Assembly: GCA_041665545.1 (NCBI GenBank)
Contig: JBAYIQ010000002.1
Span: 2,369 to 66,368, forward strand
Length of the DNA stretch: 64,000 bases
Source of the DNA: Patescibacteria group bacterium
GTDB lineage: Bacteria > Patescibacteriota > Patescibacteriia > UBA1558 > GWA2-36-10
Direction of reading: 5' to 3'
Shown: piece by piece, positions 57,401-64,000 of the stretch
Position numbering within the stretch: the stretch's first letter is position 1
How the letters are laid out: every line of letters begins with the position of its first letter
Notes under the pieces: generated by a model
The model's input: the letters and a program-made list of their open reading frames with translations, nothing else
Database searches by the model: none
Told to the model about the DNA's origin: nothing
Position numbers and translations under genes: made by a program

Positions 57401-59745
57401 ATTGAACCATCTGGAGAAAATATGCCACCATAATTATCATTGGCATCTTTGCAATCATCAATCATAATTCTAGCATATCCTGGATTCTCAGCTCCCGGGA
57501 CTCTCCTAACGGCTATGGACACAATATAATTAGTATTTGGTCGCACAGAAAATCTACCAGGACTAATTTGATCAATAAAAAAATAATCTTCATTAATATT
57601 AGCCAACAAAGCTTTTGAACCACTCACTCCCTCTCCATCCACCAAATTGTTTGGTATGAATGTGGTGGGATGTGCTCCTACGTTAACAAAGTTATCTGGT
57701 AAATTATCGTTGTTTGTGTCTGTTTCAAAATCACCATTAGCCACTAGATTCGCTCCAGTATCAACAGCCATGACCATATATTCAGAACAGCCCGCATAAT
57801 CAGCCGGACAAGTAGCTGATTTGTTGTTCAAAAATAAATCATTAGTATCGGTGGCTATATCTTGGAGAACCCAATCACCATCATTATTTTTTTCTTGCGA
57901 GTAGCGCTTGCAACCAGCTTGATCAGCCGAGCAATAGTCCAGTGATTGTTCCAGATAGGACGCCACTGGTAAATTATCATTTTGAAAAGTCAGACAGCCC
58001 GAATAAATATCACCATCCACACATTCATCACCAGTGAAACGCCAAATATTTTCAGACTTAGTGCAATAGCCATATTCACCAGCTAGACAATTACCCTGAT
58101 CATCCTCACGCAAACAAGTTTTGATATCAGCGCAGTACTGCTGACGATTGCTAGTATCTGGCGACTCTAAGACTGGGGAATAAACATAGGCATTACACAA
58201 GGCTGGCGGGGATTTCAATATCCAATAAGGGTCTATCAAATGATAATATGGATTATTTGTCTCGCCTACGGCTGGTTTAATTTTACATTTTCCAGTATTT
58301 TCCTCAAAACAATCCATGGCCTGTTGTAAAGTGGTCGGTGATGTCATTGGACTGCGTAGAGCGGCCATTTCCCAACCCGTCGGAATAATATTGGCTTTTC
58401 TTAATTTTACTAAATTGCTATAACACAAAGCGTCTTTGTAGCACTCTTTATTGGCATTACGTAAAGTTTCATCACTACCAATGAGTGGCAGACTGCCACT
58501 GATCAAACCATTGTCTATGGCTTCCTGTAAAGTAGTCCGACTAGCCAGAGCTTCTAGAAAATCCGCAGAAATTACACAGTTGTCTGGCTTACGAAAATCT
58601 ACTTCTTCGGGACAAATAGCAAATTCATCCAAAATATTATAGGCCTCCAAAGTTTCTGGCTGTATTTTTTGGAAATCCACAAATAAACCGCCACCACTTG
58701 TTTTATCAACACTAGCCCCGCCTCGAAGTTGAGCCAAAAGACTAGATCGCAAACTAGGATTAGTGGCTTTTTTGCCACCCAAGACTGACCACATGCCGTC
58801 CTTAATCCAACGGTTCATCAATTTGGAAGTAAAAGTATTAACAAAAATATTACCAGCCGTCTTCATAATCGTACCAATAACACCGACCTCTTTTTTTAGG
58901 GCACTATCAGTAACTTTACTGGTGTCTGTCTCAGCCACCACATTGAAAGTGACACCCTGCAGTTGTAAAATAGCCATACAACTAGTCTTTATTTCCTCAG
59001 TAATAGGCGTGGTATTGTCCAGATATCCCTGGCACTTTCTGGTTAATTCCTTTTTAGCCTCGATTGCCTCGGACTCTTTTTGCTCAGCTGACTGACTTAA
59101 CTTGGCAAAAACACCTAAATCAGTTTGCTCCAAAGAAAATCCATTAGCAAAAAAATCTTCCAAGCCCTGACTACCGCCCCTAGTATCAAGCTGGACTTTA
59201 ATCAAGTCAGCCGTAAAATTATCACCAAATTTGCTCCATTCTCTTTTTACCTTAGTCCAATCACAAGTTGGTCTAGGTGGAGCTTTGCTATCAATCAAAG
59301 ATAAGGTCAAAGATAACTTAACTGACAATGAGGGATCACAAAGATTAAAGCCCAAATCCTCAAAACTGTTCTGACTAATTTGACCAATAAATTCTCCCAA
59401 AGCCGCGTCCCGAGCAGTTTGCAAACTCTTGGTAAAACTTTCTCTTTCAAACAATGGTGTCCGGCCGGGTCCGCTGGTCGCCAAGTTGTTGGCCAAATCA
59501 TAAGCCAACTTGTTAGCAAAGGTTGACAAAGTTCTGTTGATAATTTGGGTGACTATAGAGCCTTGAGCTGCTTCTACGGCTGTTTTTGCCCTAGTCCAGA
59601 GCCACTCTTGATAACGAGGCCAATCATACATCACCCATACCGGACCACCGAAGCCAAAACCTTGAGCTGGTCTACTAACCAAAATCACTGAAGTAGCTAG
59701 TAATATCCCGATGATGACTAATATTAATTTTTTGTAACCCGACAT
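51472..59745 (-). CDS. giant (2757 aa) Cys-rich secreted/surface protein
   Basis: N-terminal signal/TM anchor (MSGYKKLILVIIGILLATSVILVS); more than 150 Cys spread through an otherwise hydrophilic, Asn/Thr/Gly/Asp-rich body; a single uninterrupted 8.3-kb ORF. Confidence 0.7.
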   Translation of the reverse strand: MSGYKKLILVIIGILLATSVILVSRPAQGFGFGGPVWVMYDWPRYQEWLWTRAKTAVEAAQGSIVTQIINRTLSTFANKLAYDLANNLATSGPGRTPLFERESFTKSLQTARDAALGEFIGQISQNSFEDLGFNLCDPSLSVKLSLTLSLIDSKAPPRPTCDWTKVKREWSKFGDNFTADLIKVQLDTRGGSQGLEDFFANGFSLEQTDLGVFAKLSQSAEQKESEAIEAKKELTRKCQGYLDNTTPITEEIKTSCMAILQLQGVTFNVVAETDTSKVTDSALKKEVGVIGTIMKTAGNIFVNTFTSKLMNRWIKDGMWSVLGGKKATNPSLRSSLLAQLRGGASVDKTSGGGLFVDFQKIQPETLEAYNILDEFAICPEEVDFRKPDNCVISADFLEALASRTTLQEAIDNGLISGSLPLIGSDETLRNANKECYKDALCYSNLVKLRKANIIPTGWEMAALRSPMTSPTTLQQAMDCFEENTGKCKIKPAVGETNNPYYHLIDPYWILKSPPALCNAYVYSPVLESPDTSNRQQYCADIKTCLREDDQGNCLAGEYGYCTKSENIWRFTGDECVDGDIYSGCLTFQNDNLPVASYLEQSLDYCSADQAGCKRYSQEKNNDGDWVLQDIATDTNDLFLNNKSATCPADYAGCSEYMVMAVDTGANLVANGDFETDTNNDNLPDNFVNVGAHPTTFIPNNLVDGEGVSGSKALLANINEDYFFIDQISPGRFSVRPNTNYIVSIAVRRVPGAENPGYARIMIDDCKDANDNYGGIFSPDGSIPATRITNDSAGNLFDEANIMVPASELSTTEYAVISGTFNTGSSVKCMIGFGSYDANNVSFLPSYFDNFKIEAVSEPRAASAYSNYGNDLKIYMNGSRFMCTAQEIGCQGYTPSNGDPMIPAVISQNDLCPNECVGYASFAEEPDNFDLIENPTADFNYYNFIPSTAKSCSATVAGCEEFTNVDAVAAGGEGKEYYTYLRQCVSVDQGEDYITWEGTDVAGYQIRAWKALPSNVPTVLPTGTVYAPCTNILSGSNACNDNGVGVTVAACGTETASLLDDPSVNANCRQFFNPAGNSFYRLQDRVIFASDDCHDYRRTLNPNVVYRATPSLSNKCSAAQNGCRAYYGNTANNVRNIFTDDFERAAYTPWQGLMGTVLDLSSESLERNGHSLKLDRTNGVAQVAVGAIQNNKQYKLSWWMKPSVSLGQVAWNLSVTNSSGGEVLFPISMGTDASLQNIPANNWQYYTVTQYFDQLDPTAYNLNSAKIVFSSGRNAANENGSVFLDNIILKEVAGNIYVIRNSWQTPVSCDTPYVGYHLGCQTYTDTNNNKYNLKSFQNLCRVEAIGCMAVVDTHNSDNPFTETFHNNPTDPSQITVPADSITYLVPDNRKYCPAVYQGCQALGLPDRTISSYLPTVYKINDPDQYVSSLCFSDDLYCEEYSSDKGAYYFKDPRTETCTYQSNVTVGNNIITGWFKTANLKDPLPLGCLDTDNAYDAADFALGENVASCPADKNLCTTFYDPTDPIGCGVGTCSDCATLAATECIGITDELNCSGAGGTFTLNPNSAECQPYYYYNNEKIDKASCNGQVNENNGCVLFKEANNWNSDHTMVNLNYDAVQSYNLNVSKGTAVSPVTCDPTDTTLDPPCNLDSNVLLKVRKDRQCSEWLACRSSSVVWDNDNNRYKVVCADIGTCTEFDSKNNVTKCGEWATPTIQALTVDNYQNRSTGADNHMQFGDEEYTGYSIPNMLPIATLGVTNAGSATAPLPQLVYNGSGCSGEGTDCTAVIAGDLFNGVCRGSRCLLNPVVDTNKALGVETRGYAQSDSPFPGSISPDSGRLDRLQSYAGANMCEVDQVEPITASPNGCEATYIKVTYGAGGTVRYYPKNFPSPGGICSSGNTDTNVDCVDSAGFAQNNLCDTYNTDGTSRSDGTCDKKVKAETIFNWSGICLEYDANSKVVNDTGGTNYCNQWYPADQISGTNSLYDNYREAGYYEPGGREALFCSVTEPYILQESRIYCGRRGGTDPRNCNLLIRIPAGSKILANSIAGNSSLISYNYLRPEKMNHYDSSPPSTPPYTFEYIEKRDLSVGVSYEGAKFSVEDFVLTPGNDLSKMPVVDKSVLRNLFDTGTNKIDLFYYDENIDRFGDGDEDARIYIGDTTSDPTTGCVSSVTAEPDRPDDASNACTSTSDTCLNGPYHQVYQGFCNPGSWNYYVKAELADVVSGTGPICGAPEAPAKGRACLMTSDPYRALEASCGSDSVPGCAFVNCVEDISSPYLCVDYGSIIYGSDTWSADGTTMRDVNSVTGCLSNILSVEPISIASATGGLKIRQGVDPDDTLYNGLIAQALGNVTRVEDGLDTWLVDESSIDGCLQSDIFTGVTAVSNPTPFPDKSCDVPCDADSAFYTAEMSGRTCTGMACYQQCKIVVDLDSEGDKSWVRTDIWWRNETGSGNSGRNNYPTPNTWLSYYYKSGFIQNSNVNYASITGENNKFTHFGSALGYLGKDVVNVRVPVNASTFSPLAAATFYAPGTGNLSTDLTAAHTQLAYMFYRVYNMQWNNTNSVYEPYTVDNIYVGAAATRGQNTLAGPDFVPRILTVCGSDVCRDANKVVINGVTVNEAQGGSIEAKQSFFASLKFYYYAHPDHMPVKSIEVDWGDGSAITTIPGKYKNNIPDCNVDAPLPGQILTTKQGFGGTERACREAYKTFYHDYQLGGQGDLCDGDISTPMNEPYIDNASCYKPTVRVQDNWGNWSAWTSFAGWIVVLQ

Positions 59746-59764
59746 AGAGTTATTTTATATTTAT

Positions 59765-60544
59765 TTATTTTTTTAATAAATTATCCCTAAACTCGGTTAA
59801 TTCCTGAGTAGTCATTTTATTGATGTCAGCTTCATTGGCTCCTGGTTGTAGTAACAAAAACTTCCTGACTTGCTCTGGAGTAGTGGTAGCTGTCCACGAT
59901 TCAGCCGGTATGATTTCGCTATCGGATATGGCCTGAAAAATTTCCATCAAATCATCATCAGTTAGATTATTCAACTCGTCTTGAGTCATGCCATTATCCA
60001 ACAAAAACTGCCTAAATTCATTGAGCGCCGCTGTACGCAAAGTCAAATCAGTGTTGATAGAGGTATCTTGTAAAATATCAGACAATCTGTTTTCTGGAGT
60101 AATTAGGGCCAGCAGACTACAATCCTCTCCCGGAGGACAGGTGGGATCAGCACCGCTTTTTACTTCTTCAAAATCAGAAACCCCGTCACTGTCAGTGTCT
60201 TCCAGAAAAATACTGGTCCTAGTCTGGTAGAGCTCAGTAAAGTCTGATAAGCCATCGCGATCGGTATCCTTATTTTTCAGTTCCTCCAGGGACACCTCAG
60301 TGTTTTGGTTGGTGTTTAATTCTTTTTGTATAAAGTCAGGAATGACATAACCAACATTTTTTTTGACATTGCCATACCAGTAGTTGACCACAAACAAAAA
60401 TAAAGCTCCAGCCACTAGTACTAGAACTAAAAATAAACCCTTTTTGGGCTTGGATCCAGAAAAATAATGCTCTTCTGAGGCATTAATCAAGTCACTGGTA
60501 TCAACCTCTTCATCGATGTTGATTCGATGCAATTGTTTGGCCAT
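59765..60544 (-). CDS. membrane-anchored protein with thrombospondin type-3-like Ca-binding repeats
   Basis: 259 aa with one TM helix (LFLVLVLVAGALFLFVV) and DTDRDGLSDFTE / DTDSDGVSDFEE repeats. Confidence 0.5.
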   Translation of the reverse strand: MAKQLHRINIDEEVDTSDLINASEEHYFSGSKPKKGLFLVLVLVAGALFLFVVNYWYGNVKKNVGYVIPDFIQKELNTNQNTEVSLEELKNKDTDRDGLSDFTELYQTRTSIFLEDTDSDGVSDFEEVKSGADPTCPPGEDCSLLALITPENRLSDILQDTSINTDLTLRTAALNEFRQFLLDNGMTQDELNNLTDDDLMEIFQAISDSEIIPAESWTATTTPEQVRKFLLLQPGANEADINKMTTQELTEFRDNLLKK

Positions 60545-60605
60545 TTATTCGCCTTTAAGTTTTTATAATTATAACATAAAAACCAAAATAAACCAAAATA
60601 AAAAA

Positions 60606-60767
60606 CCACTAACTTCTTTTGGTCATTCTGGAGCGCCGTCGAGCTAAGCTCGACAAGCGATAGAATCCAAAACTCTATTTAAAATTTGTAGATTCTATCG
60701 ATCGCTCCGCCTCCGCCAGCTGGCGGATAGCGGAGCTCTCTCCAGAATGACGACGCAAAGTGAGTGG
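60606..60767. repeat. ~135-nt nested palindromic repeat, copy 3 (GTCATTCTGGAG/CTCCAGAATGAC; GCGATAGAATC/GATTCTATCG; GAGCTAAGCTC; CCGCCAGCTGGCGG)
   Basis: Read directly; it shares both stems with copies 1 and 2 and has an additional outermost imperfect stem CCACTAACTT/AAGTGAGTGG. Confidence 0.65.
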
Positions 60768-60788
60768 TAATTTAAATAAATAAAATAA

Positions 60789-61631
60789 TTATTTTTCGTA
60801 CAACAATTCTGCCAATTTTACCCAAAGCTTAGCCTCCAAATTCTCAGCACGAACATTTTCGCTAAGACCCATTTTTTGAAAAGCTTTTGACAAAGATTCT
60901 TTATCCAAATCTTGGTCACTGAGCAAATTATTGACCAATTTTTTTCTTTTTTTGGCAAAGCCACGTTTAATCAATTGCCAGGTTTTCTTTTCATCCACTG
61001 GATAAGACCATTTTTTTATACCAAAAATATGAATTACAGCCGAATCAACTTTTGGCTCTGGCCAGAAACTTTTTTTACTGACCAGGCGCAAAATTTCCAC
61101 TTGTCCATAAAGTTGTACGGCTAGTGCCAGTAAACTCATTTTTTTGTCCTTGGCTTCTATTCTTTGAGCTACTTCTTTTTGGACCATCAGAGTCAGACTT
61201 TGGGGCACTGGATCAAAAGCTACAAATCTTTGGATAAATTTACCCGTCAGATAGTAGGGAATATTGGCTACAATCTTATAGTTGGTTTTTTTATATTGAG
61301 CTAGAATAGCTTGCCATTGTTTTGGACTCAAGGTCAAAATATCTTGCCATTGCAAATTAATATTATTATTCACTTTGGCAATTTTGGCTAAAGGTGTTTT
61401 AAAACTTTTTTCTATTTCAAAAGCCACTACTCCATCAGCTTTGGCTGCTAATTTTTGAGTCAAGGCCCCAAGCCCAGGCCCCACTTCCAAAACTAAATCA
61501 TCTTTACTAACCTTGGCTTTGACAACAATGTCATCCAACACTTCTTCATCCAGCAAAAAATTTTGACCGCGTAATTTATTGGGGGTCAAGTCATAGCGCT
61601 GAAGTAAATATTTTATTTCTTCTTTGGTCAT
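60789..61631 (-). CDS. rsmA: 16S rRNA (adenine1518/1519-N6)-dimethyltransferase
   Basis: 280 aa; GQNFLLD... and VLEVGPGLGALT (SAM motif I) are the KsgA signature. Confidence 0.85.
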   Translation of the reverse strand: MTKEEIKYLLQRYDLTPNKLRGQNFLLDEEVLDDIVVKAKVSKDDLVLEVGPGLGALTQKLAAKADGVVAFEIEKSFKTPLAKIAKVNNNINLQWQDILTLSPKQWQAILAQYKKTNYKIVANIPYYLTGKFIQRFVAFDPVPQSLTLMVQKEVAQRIEAKDKKMSLLALAVQLYGQVEILRLVSKKSFWPEPKVDSAVIHIFGIKKWSYPVDEKKTWQLIKRGFAKKRKKLVNNLLSDQDLDKESLSKAFQKMGLSENVRAENLEAKLWVKLAELLYEK

Positions 61632-62813
61632 TTAAAGTAGCATATATAACAAAGTCATGGCCCCAGCGAGCACAAATATGAGCTTGAAAGCTAAAATCTC
61701 ACTGGGTATAAAAAACAAAGCAACATAGATCAATAAAATAGCCAGCAATTTGCCAATCACTAAACTCATTTCAAAAAATACCACCCGCGTCATGATGTGT
61801 TGATGGCTGTCTGAAGTAATAATTTTGGCTCGATCATAGGTAATGGTGGTCAGTGGCACGCTCAAAGTATTTTTGCCTAGACGAGAAAAAGTGTCTAAGA
61901 AAAAAACGCCCGTAGCATTGACTATGAATATCCTAATAAACCAAGACAGTGAATAAAAAGCGCTACTTAAGGAAAGAATTTGTTTTTTATTATTTTTGTC
62001 AGTCAGTTTCCCCACATACAAAGTAACCATTGAGGTGACCAAGGTAGCTAGAGCCACTACCACGCCCAAATCAAAAACATCGCCTATTATTTTAGAAATA
62101 AAAACTGGCCAAATTACCAAAACCACAAATTCTTCGCCAAAGCCCAAATAAGCCAAAAATTCTTGCCGATGTTCTTTGCGAAACAGCGCTTTAAAGCTTT
62201 TGAAATAACTAAAGTGCTCACGCGTAAAAACTTCCTTGGTTATTAAAATCGGTATATTGGAAGCGAAAAAAATTATTGATACCAAGGCAAAAAGTATACC
62301 ATAACCAAACTGGACAATGATAAAACCAGCTAAAGCCGGGCCAATAATATATACCAAAGAAGTAGCCACGGTCATCAAACTAATTTCGCGACCCTCCTCG
62401 TCTTTTCCAATATACTTGGCAAAATTGGCATGATAAGCTGGCCAATAAAATAATTTTTGTAAAGTCAAAATAAAAGCCGCCACATAAAAAAATGGCGGAT
62501 AAAATTGCACAAAATAAAGGGAAATATAAAACAAAGCGTAAAGCGAGGTGCCAATCGCCAAGCTAGCTTCATAGCCATAACGTTTGGCAAATTTGGCGCC
62601 CAAGGGCATCAGCACCATATAGGCCACATAGGTGACCAAATAAAATGAGACTATTTTCTGCAATTGGTAGCCAATTTGATATAAATATACTGGCTCCCAA
62701 AACATGACCATGGCTAAACCAAAATTAACAATGATGGTAGAAAAATAAAGCTCGCGCACTTGCTGGCGAACTTTGCATGGTAGCCATGATGAAAAAAATC
62801 CCAAATTCAACAT
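61632..62813 (-). CDS. MFS-type transporter
   Basis: 393 aa with about 12 TM helices in a two-times-six arrangement. Confidence 0.55.
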   Translation of the reverse strand: MLNLGFFSSWLPCKVRQQVRELYFSTIIVNFGLAMVMFWEPVYLYQIGYQLQKIVSFYLVTYVAYMVLMPLGAKFAKRYGYEASLAIGTSLYALFYISLYFVQFYPPFFYVAAFILTLQKLFYWPAYHANFAKYIGKDEEGREISLMTVATSLVYIIGPALAGFIIVQFGYGILFALVSIIFFASNIPILITKEVFTREHFSYFKSFKALFRKEHRQEFLAYLGFGEEFVVLVIWPVFISKIIGDVFDLGVVVALATLVTSMVTLYVGKLTDKNNKKQILSLSSAFYSLSWFIRIFIVNATGVFFLDTFSRLGKNTLSVPLTTITYDRAKIITSDSHQHIMTRVVFFEMSLVIGKLLAILLIYVALFFIPSEILAFKLIFVLAGAMTLLYMLL

Positions 62814-62822
62814 ATTTTTGTT

Positions 62823-63431
62823 TTACTCTTTTATTATTATTTTTCCCTGACGAAGTATTTTTGTTTTACCAGCCTCACTCTTGATAATGGTAGAAGGCAA
62901 AGTCAATGGTAAATTTCCGGCATTGATAAGAAGATCCGGCTTTACATTACAATGACTAAATTGCTCTTTGATCTGTTCAATATTATAGATAGCTTTTTGC
63001 CCAGAAATATTAGCCGAGGTGCTGACAAGCGGATTAGCAAATATTTTGCTTAAGGCCAAACAAAAAATATTACTGGAAATTCGTAAAGCCAATGTTTCTG
63101 GAAAATAACTTTTTTGGCCAAATAATTTAAAAGGCAAAACCACGGTGAGCGGCCCAGGCCAGTACTGAGCTACCAATTGCCTAATTTTATCATCAAAAAT
63201 TACCAACTTTTCAGCAGCTTCTAAATCAGCCACAATGACTGGTAGCGGCTTGTCTGCCTGACGCTGTTTGATAGCACAAATTTTGTTGACCGCCTCTTCA
63301 TTAAAATAATCAGCACCCAAACCATAGGCCGTTTCGGTGGGATAAACAATCACTCCGCCTTGAGCCAGTACTTCTGCGGCCTGGGCCGCAGTACTTTCCA
63401 AATTATTTTCGCGTAAAAATATTTCCTGCAT
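62823..63431 (-). CDS. tsaC: L-threonylcarbamoyladenylate synthase (YrdC/Sua5 family)
   Basis: 202 aa; VIVYPTETAYGLGADYFNEEAVNKICAIKQRQADKPLPVIV is the YrdC signature. Confidence 0.8.
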   Translation of the reverse strand: MQEIFLRENNLESTAAQAAEVLAQGGVIVYPTETAYGLGADYFNEEAVNKICAIKQRQADKPLPVIVADLEAAEKLVIFDDKIRQLVAQYWPGPLTVVLPFKLFGQKSYFPETLALRISSNIFCLALSKIFANPLVSTSANISGQKAIYNIEQIKEQFSHCNVKPDLLINAGNLPLTLPSTIIKSEAGKTKILRQGKIIIKE

Positions 63432-64000
63432 TAAAAAACAATACTAATAATTTTATTTTTGATATAAATAAATTTTTTCACTTTATTATTGGCCAATATA
63501 TTTTGCACTTTTTGCCTGGCCAAAATTTGTTTTTGCAAATCAACACTATCTTCGGTATCCATTGGTAACTCTATTGTGTCGCGCACTTTGCCGTTGATCT
63601 GAATAGCAATGGTCAACAGTTGTTTTTTGACCAAATTCTCATCATATTTTGGCCAGGACTCATGGGCCAAACTATGCTTGTGACCCAAAAGTTGCCACAA
63701 TTCTTCAGCCATATGTGGCGCAAAAGGTGAAATCATGACAACTAATTTTGACCAAATATTTTGATCAATTTTGGCTTCCTTATCAAGCGCATTGGCCAAT
63801 ATCATAAGCTGAGAAATGGCGGTATTAAAATGCATTTGGCTAATGTCTTCACCAATTTTTTTTATACTTTGATTTAATAATTGCTCAATTTCAGTTGAAG
63901 TGTCGCTTTTTTTACTAAGCTTGGCTTGCAAATTCCAAACTTTATTAACAAAACGATAAGCCCCCACCACTCCCTGATCATCCCAAGCAATGGGTTGGTC
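63431..64000 (-). CDS. leuS: leucyl-tRNA synthetase, C-terminal anticodon-binding region (gene continues beyond window end)
   Basis: FNTAISQLMILANAL, PFAPHMAEELW and IQINGKVRD are LeuS C-terminal motifs; the ORF is open to the window edge. Confidence 0.8.
   Translation of the reverse strand, partial: DQPIAWDDQGVVGAYRFVNKVWNLQAKLSKKSDTSTEIEQLLNQSIKKIGEDISQMHFNTAISQLMILANALDKEAKIDQNIWSKLVVMISPFAPHMAEELWQLLGHKHSLAHESWPKYDENLVKKQLLTIAIQINGKVRDTIELPMDTEDSVDLQKQILARQKVQNILANNKVKKFIYIKNKIISIVF

Noticed and set aside
1-64000. CRISPR array
   Set aside because: All repeats found are palindromic or nested hairpins at dispersed intergenic sites. None forms a regularly spaced direct-repeat and spacer array, and no cas genes are present.
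1-64000. Alternative genetic code (UGA or UAA recoding, as in SR1/Gracilibacteria)
   Set aside because: Dozens of long ORFs, up to 8.3 kb, are uninterrupted under the standard code. The single in-frame TAA at 28708-28710 is better explained as a point-mutated pseudogene copy, because the intact paralog has GAA there.

Overview
This is a low-GC (~35-40%) bacterial fragment, and most genes lie on the minus strand. Long ORFs stay intact under the standard code, so UGA/UAA recoding is unlikely. Gene content and style (tiny intergenic spacers, many pilus and secretion genes, a giant Cys-rich surface protein, conserved hypotheticals) point to a Candidate Phyla Radiation / Patescibacteria-like episymbiont.

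Main contents:
- Housekeeping at the left edge: lgt (partial), dsbA-like, gatA, gatC, ligA.
- A roughly 19-kb minus-strand type IV pilus operon (~5.5-24.0 kb). It carries a tail-fibre-like protein, a 968-aa Cys-rich protein, pilMNO, pilB, a CheY-like receiver, a PilT-like protein with degenerate catalytic motifs, pilC, two tandem major pilins, pilD and four minor pilins including a PilX-like one. A small GIY-YIG nuclease element sits inside the operon.
- lemA, htpX and a clpC-like gene, then a second GIY-YIG copy that is a pseudogene with an in-frame TAA, inserted at the 5' end of a comF-like gene.
- A CYTH gene, three minus-strand tRNAs (Ser-TGA, Arg-GCG, Ser-GCT) and dedA.
- A GC-rich (~55-60%) DUF218/YdcF-like gene with its own consensus sigma70 promoter and a strong GC hairpin terminator, which looks like a horizontally acquired cassette.
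- recG.
- A second secretion-type locus (~35.0-43.8 kb): two paralogous VirB2/TrbC-like membrane proteins (one fused to an M15 peptidase), a PD40/TolB-like propeller protein, VirB4 apparently split into an N-terminal domain ORF and an ATPase ORF, a PrgI/VirB3-like 2-TM protein, and hypotheticals.
- efp, rpsR, ssb, rpsF, and a UPF0020-type RNA methyltransferase.
- A VirB6/TrbL-like polytopic membrane protein, a 2757-aa Cys-rich giant secreted protein and a TSP3-repeat protein.
- rsmA, an MFS transporter, tsaC and the C-terminus of leuS at the right edge.

Three families of structured repeats are visible: a ~135-nt triple-nested palindrome (3 copies), an ~80-110-nt nested hairpin tied to the GIY-YIG gene (6 full or partial copies), and a degenerate GTCATTGCGAGCG-type hairpin array. 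No CRISPR array or rRNA is present.
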